Shown here piece after piece: positions 60,057-64,000 of a DNA stretch of 64,000 nt. Below the pieces are notes generated by a model. The model was not told the DNA's origin. It saw only the letters and a list, made by a program, of their open reading frames with translations, and made no database searches. Position 1 is the stretch's first letter. Each line of letters begins with the position of its first letter. Where the stretch lies: positions 1,074,118-1,138,117 of the forward strand of contig JBMOKY010000001.1 in assembly GCA_049325535.1 (NCBI GenBank), in the 5' to 3' direction. The position numbers and the translations under genes were made by a program. Origin of the DNA: Patescibacteria group bacterium (GTDB taxonomy: Bacteria; Patescibacteriota; Patescibacteriia; UBA10025; JAHIVO01).

Positions 60057-60328
60057 AGAGTGTTTAAATTAATACAATGATAGTAAGAATAATAAGGTGG
60101 GTGGATAAGTGGATAAATGTATTTATATTTATTTCCATTGGATGAAATTTATGAGATGCCGGGAAAAATTGTGGGTGAGGGTGTGCGGGAAATGATGTTT
60201 GGTTGGGGATGATGCGTAGTGCCGATTCAGATCAGAGCCGGCAGCGAATACTTATACTCTTTTGATGAACGGTTTATGCTCAGACTTGCCACCGAAACAC
60301 ATCCGCTCATACGCATGTTATACACAGG
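60057..60328. promoter_or_regulatory. Candidate oriC (dnaA-dnaN intergenic): AT-rich unwinding region plus DnaA-box-like 9-mers
   Basis: GGTGGATAA (60100-60108) and AGTGGATAA (60108-60116) are each 1 mismatch from TGTGGATAA. TTATACACA (60318-60326) is 1 mismatch from TTATCCACA. AT-rich stretches lie at 60060-60095 and 60120-60150. Confidence 0.5.
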
Positions 60329-61690
60329 TTAGGCGTACAACCGTTGACGGATAAGCGTTATGTCCTGACGAATTTTTTCGTCTTCATTCGTCGCTCTTTT
60401 AATTTTTTCATACGCGTGCATGGCGGTTGTGTGATCGCGTCCGCCAAGTTCCTGGCCGATTGTTGGGTATGAACATTTCGCCTCTTCACGCATGAGGAAC
60501 ATGGTAATCTGGCGTGGCACCACCAATTCTTTTTTCCGGCTACTGCCAAGTAAATCGTCGGCACTAATATCAAAAAAGTCGGCTACCGTACTCATTATTT
60601 GTTTGACCGTGATTGCGCCGTCCCGGCGGTGCTGTTCGGATAAGCTTGAGAGGATTGATTTGACGGATTCAACGGTTGGAGAAGAATTATTGAGCTGGTG
60701 AAAGGCCACAATTCTATTGAGTGCACCCTCCAGCTCGCGAACATTGCTATGGACAGTTTGTGCCACGGCATTGATGATTTCATCTGAGATTGAGTATGAT
60801 TTTTCTCTAACTTTAGCCTTTAATATAGCGACTCGATTTTCAAAATCCGGTTCAGTTATGTCGGCAATCATACCCCATTCGAAGCGGGACACGAGTCGCG
60901 TTTCCAGAGCAGGGATTGCTTTTGGCGGACGATCGGAGGAGATGACGATTTGTTTATTTTGTTGGTGCAGGGCATTGAATGTATGGAAAAATTCTTCCTG
61001 GGTGCCTTCTTTTCCGGCGAGAAACTGGATGTCGTCAATAAGCAGCAAATCAGCCGAGCGGTAATGTGATTTGAATCGTTCGGCTTCCCCGCGACTGATT
61101 GATTGGATAAATTCATTTGTGAATTTTTCACAGGTAACATAAATAATACTCTTATCTGGCCAATGCCGGAGTACCTCGTGTGCGATCGCTTGCATCAGGT
61201 GAGTTTTACCTAGCCCGGCACCGCCGTAGAGAAAAAGCGGATTATATACTTCTCCGGGGCGTTGCGCTACAGCCAGGCAAGCGGCATGAGCCAACTCGTT
61301 GCTTTTGCCGACGATAAAGGAATCGAACGTATACCGTGCGTTCAGGCCGAATCCGTTTTGCTCAGTTTGCCGCACGGCTGCCTGCTGGATGGTAGGAGGG
61401 GTGGTATGGGCAGAGTCTATAGTCGGTGCGTCACGCTGAGCGGAGGTTTTCACCCGGTAGGTCACATTGGCGACGGTATTGTTAGTCGCGTTTTGTATTG
61501 CTTTTATGATTTCCTTGTGGTACTTGTTTTCCAGCCACGTTTTAGTAAATGTATTAGGTACGCCAATGACCACATTCTCGCCTTCGCAGCTGTCGATGAA
61601 CGTGTTTTTAAACCAAGTCGTAAAATTAGCCTTACTCAATGAAAGCTCAAGCTCCCCGAGAACCGCTTCCCACAATTGCTTCGTGTCCAT
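60329..61690 (-). CDS. dnaA: Chromosomal replication initiator protein DnaA
   Basis: The AAA+ Walker A NPLFLYGGAGLGKTHL and the C-terminal DNA-binding domain are present. The N-terminus is MDTKQLWEAVLGELE. Confidence 0.92.
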   Translation of the reverse strand: MDTKQLWEAVLGELELSLSKANFTTWFKNTFIDSCEGENVVIGVPNTFTKTWLENKYHKEIIKAIQNATNNTVANVTYRVKTSAQRDAPTIDSAHTTPPTIQQAAVRQTEQNGFGLNARYTFDSFIVGKSNELAHAACLAVAQRPGEVYNPLFLYGGAGLGKTHLMQAIAHEVLRHWPDKSIIYVTCEKFTNEFIQSISRGEAERFKSHYRSADLLLIDDIQFLAGKEGTQEEFFHTFNALHQQNKQIVISSDRPPKAIPALETRLVSRFEWGMIADITEPDFENRVAILKAKVREKSYSISDEIINAVAQTVHSNVRELEGALNRIVAFHQLNNSSPTVESVKSILSSLSEQHRRDGAITVKQIMSTVADFFDISADDLLGSSRKKELVVPRQITMFLMREEAKCSYPTIGQELGGRDHTTAMHAYEKIKRATNEDEKIRQDITLIRQRLYA

Positions 61691-61885
61691 ATGCTGTAGA
61701 AAAATTACTGTTATCTCATGGTACCATAGATAGCATCAGCAAAACATATAGCTCATTGGGCATTTTGTGTATAAACTGTGAGTAATCTGCGTATAACCAT
61801 AATTCGTTGACCGGAGACCCCTGACCTGATATACTCGGGTGTAGCCCAGTGAGGGCGCCTTAATTTTTTATGTAACTCTAAGGAC

Positions 61886-62023
61886 ATGCCAAAGCGCACA
61901 CACCAGCCGAAAGTTAAACACCGCAAACGCGTGCATGGCTATCGTAAGCGTTCCTTGACCCGAAGTGGGAAAAAAGTGCTCGCACGCCGCCGCCGCCGGG
62001 GACGCGCGGTAATCAGCCGATAA
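61886..62023 (+). CDS. rpmH: 50S ribosomal protein L34
   Basis: The 45-aa [48 protein letters not shown] is missing from the supplied ORF track because it is shorter than 60 aa. It is typical L34, in the classic position upstream of rnpA. Confidence 0.85.
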   Translation: MPKRTHQPKVKHRKRVHGYRKRSLTRSGKKVLARRRRRGRAVISR

Positions 62024-62031
62024 TTCTGCGC

Positions 62032-62382
62032 TTGCGTATGCTCCCCCGCCCACATCGGATTGCGGCCAGTCGTGATTGGCGAATGATGCATGCGCGCGCC
62101 CGGACGGTTTATAGTCGGGATATTGTCATGAAATTTCAGCGCGGTTATGCAGCACAATCTCGATATGGATTTATTGTTGGTACTAAGGTGAGCAAGCGCG
62201 CTACCGTCCGCAATCTGATCAAGCGTCGACTGCGCGCCATCATTACCAAACACCAGCGAGTCATTCGACCGAGCCAGGACATCGTATTCATCGCTCGATC
62301 TTCGATTGTCGGCATCCCGTACGCCACTATGGAGCAGCAGGTACTCGACGTATTACATAAGGCACGATTGATCCAGAAGTAA
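62032..62382 (+). CDS. rnpA: Ribonuclease P protein component
   Basis: FIVGTKVSKRATVRNLIKRRLRA matches the RnpA RNR-motif region. It lies between rpmH and yidD. Confidence 0.8.
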   Translation: MRMLPRPHRIAASRDWRMMHARARTVYSRDIVMKFQRGYAAQSRYGFIVGTKVSKRATVRNLIKRRLRAIITKHQRVIRPSQDIVFIARSSIVGIPYATMEQQVLDVLHKARLIQK

Positions 62383-62385
62383 CAT

Positions 62386-62640
62386 ATGCGATTTTTTATT
62401 TTATTACTGATCCGTCTTTATCAACGCACGTTGTCTCCCGACCACGGCTGGTTTGCTTACCGCCACCCGTATGGGTATTGCCGTTTTTACCCGACGTGTT
62501 CCGAGTATGCGCACCGAGCCATCCACCGTCACGGCATCCTGCGGGGAGGGTATTTGGCGGGCAGGCGGGTATTACGCTGCAATCCCTGGCATCAGCCAGG
62601 ATATGACCCCGTTCCATTAACTGATGATCACCACGTATGA
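62386..62640 (+). CDS. yidD: Membrane protein insertion efficiency factor YidD
   Basis: [11 protein letters not shown]...[11 protein letters not shown] is the conserved YidD motif. Confidence 0.8.
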   Translation: MRFFILLLIRLYQRTLSPDHGWFAYRHPYGYCRFYPTCSEYAHRAIHRHGILRGGYLAGRRVLRCNPWHQPGYDPVPLTDDHHV

Positions 62641-63437
62641 TAGGTACTATTTTCAACGCCATATTACTTGAGCCGATTCTCAATGCTCTGGTACTGATAT
62701 ACCATTACATACCGAATCTCGGCGTAGCCATTATTTTATTGACGCTGATAATCAAAGCGCTTTTGTATTTTCCGTCCCGATCATCGATCGTGGCGCAGAA
62801 GCGGCTTCAGGAAACCCAGCCAAAATTACAGGAATTACAAAAGAAATATAAAAACGACCGGGAGGAATTGGGCCGCCAAACCATGAAATTTTATAAAGAG
62901 AACAAGGTGAATCCCCTGTCTTCCTGCCTGCCACTCCTCATTCAGCTGCCGATTCTCATAGCGTTGTATCAGGCATTTCTGGCGGTAGCCCAGACTGATC
63001 CGACCACGAATATTTTAGTAGCCGAGAAATTACAGCATTTGTATGGTCCCTTGCGCGACATCTTTACCACCACCCCGATTGACCCGACTTTTCTCGGGTT
63101 GATCGACCTGTCGGCAACCGGCAACTGGGTACTGGCAATTTTATCCGGCCTCGCCGCGTATGTGCAGACCAACATGCTGATGCGCAAGCAGCCGCCGAAA
63201 GTTCCCGGAGCGAAGGATGAAAGCATGGCCGCGGGTATCAATAAACAGATGCGGTATGTCATGCCGGCGATTACCGTTTTTTTTGGTGTTCAGTTCCCGG
63301 CCGGCCTGACGCTCTATTGGCTGGTGTCCACCCTATTTACCATTGGTCAGCAGCAGTTAATTTTGAGAAAAGATACTAATCATACTACCGGAGGAGCATC
63401 TCATGGCACCCCGCTTGCAGAAAAAACAACTTCTTGA
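62637..63437 (+). CDS. yidC: Membrane protein insertase YidC/Oxa1 (short, monoderm-type)
   Basis: [17 protein letters not shown]...[23 protein letters not shown] matches the conserved YidC core. Confidence 0.85.
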   Translation: MIGTIFNAILLEPILNALVLIYHYIPNLGVAIILLTLIIKALLYFPSRSSIVAQKRLQETQPKLQELQKKYKNDREELGRQTMKFYKENKVNPLSSCLPLLIQLPILIALYQAFLAVAQTDPTTNILVAEKLQHLYGPLRDIFTTTPIDPTFLGLIDLSATGNWVLAILSGLAAYVQTNMLMRKQPPKVPGAKDESMAAGINKQMRYVMPAITVFFGVQFPAGLTLYWLVSTLFTIGQQQLILRKDTNHTTGGASHGTPLAEKTTS

Positions 63438-63684
63438 CCTGCCGGTCTATACCAAGTCAGGGCAGCACCTGGGGCGGGTAATTGACTTTACGTTCGATGC
63501 CGCGTCTCAAACCATCATTCAGTATACCGTCGGCAGTTCAGATATTCTGAAAAAAATTCTCAACCAACAAGAATTAATCGTGGGGGCACACCAGGTGCTG
63601 AATATTACCACGAAAAAAATGACTGTTGACGACACCACAACCGGCATTCCGGTAACATCGCCCAAGCCAGTCCCCGCAGGCTAA
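63403..63684 (+). CDS. PRC-barrel domain protein (YlmC/YmxH-like)
   Basis: [32 protein letters not shown] fits the PRC-barrel pattern. It occupies the position usually taken by jag. Confidence 0.45.
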   Translation: MAPRLQKKQLLDLPVYTKSGQHLGRVIDFTFDAASQTIIQYTVGSSDILKKILNQQELIVGAHQVLNITTKKMTVDDTTTGIPVTSPKPVPAG

Positions 63685-64000
63685 TGGCGTCTCGCCAATC
63701 GTCGCCGCTGGGAAATGCGGCGTTTTTTTGATTCGATAAAATCAAAAGTGAATTCGGTATGGTCATGGCGGCGCAGCACCGGCGCGATACGATCCGCCCA
63801 TTCGATGAGGGTGATCGTATCGGATCGGCCCAGCCATTCAAATAATCCCAGCTCGGCGATTTCATCAATCGCTCGAACGCGGTATGCGTCTACGTGGCAA
63901 AAAAATTTGACATCAGCTCGTTTGTGCACCGGGTAGATTTTAAGCAGAATAAACGTCGGACTGGCAATCACCCCCGGAATGCCCAGGCCACGGGCAAATC
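63681..64000 (-). CDS. tsaE: tRNA threonylcarbamoyladenosine biosynthesis protein TsaE (C-terminal part; gene continues beyond window end)
   Basis: FFCHVDAYRVRAIDEIAELGLFEWLGRSDTITLIEWADR matches the TsaE C-terminal HFDLYRL...EELG...LIEWPE block. The N-terminus (Walker A) lies outside the window. Confidence 0.5.
   Translation of the reverse strand, partial: FARGLGIPGVIASPTFILLKIYPVHKRADVKFFCHVDAYRVRAIDEIAELGLFEWLGRSDTITLIEWADRIAPVLRRHDHTEFTFDFIESKKRRISQRRRLARRH

Overview
This 64 kb window reads as a gene-dense bacterial chromosome segment that includes the replication origin neighbourhood. It carries a 23S-5S rRNA operon without a linked 16S, tRNA-Ser(CGA), and the cluster dnaN<-dnaA | rpmH-rnpA-yidD-yidC, with a candidate oriC between dnaA and dnaN. 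About 60 protein genes can be supported; the standard code is used, and TGA is used as a stop. Three features suggest a Patescibacteria/CPR-like or similarly reduced lineage, by inference only: a standalone GIY-YIG nuclease, pilin-like genes with the GG-x-W/L-I-x-AGGN-E-K-x3-AKK motif seen in CPR 'TrbC/VirB2-family' pilins, and the rRNA operon without a linked 16S. Most genes are central sugar metabolism and housekeeping: pfk, pfkB-family kinase, two ROK kinases, bifunctional PGI/PMI, galU, suhB-like, gmk, yebC, ruvC, tyrS, PBP1A, msrA and msrB. The most unusual content is a surface-structure/glycosylation island at about 27.7-43.4 kb. It holds three tandem T4SS-type pilin-like paralogs, one carrying a roughly 360-aa C-terminal extension of eight 'GCC'-initiated cysteine-rich repeats with many N-x-S/T sequons. 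Immediately downstream are a DUF2079 membrane protein, four further GT-C-fold polytopic membrane proteins (glycosyltransferase-like), a Wzx-like flippase, a hexapeptide acetyltransferase, two GT4 and one GT2 (polyprenyl-phosphate-mannose-synthase-like) glycosyltransferases, and PGI/PMI. I propose this as a candidate dedicated pilin/surface-protein glycosylation system. Other notable items: an alpha-glucan (glycogen) locus with duplicated glgA and duplicated GH57 enzymes, one fused to a UVR domain, plus an APH-fold kinase and a GalT-like HIT enzyme; a secreted tandem cytochrome-b5 protein next to msrA; an endonuclease Q homolog; and a ribbon-helix-helix domain fused to a sugar-phosphate nucleotidyltransferase. 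Everything here is read directly from the sequence or from translation motifs; no database search was possible.
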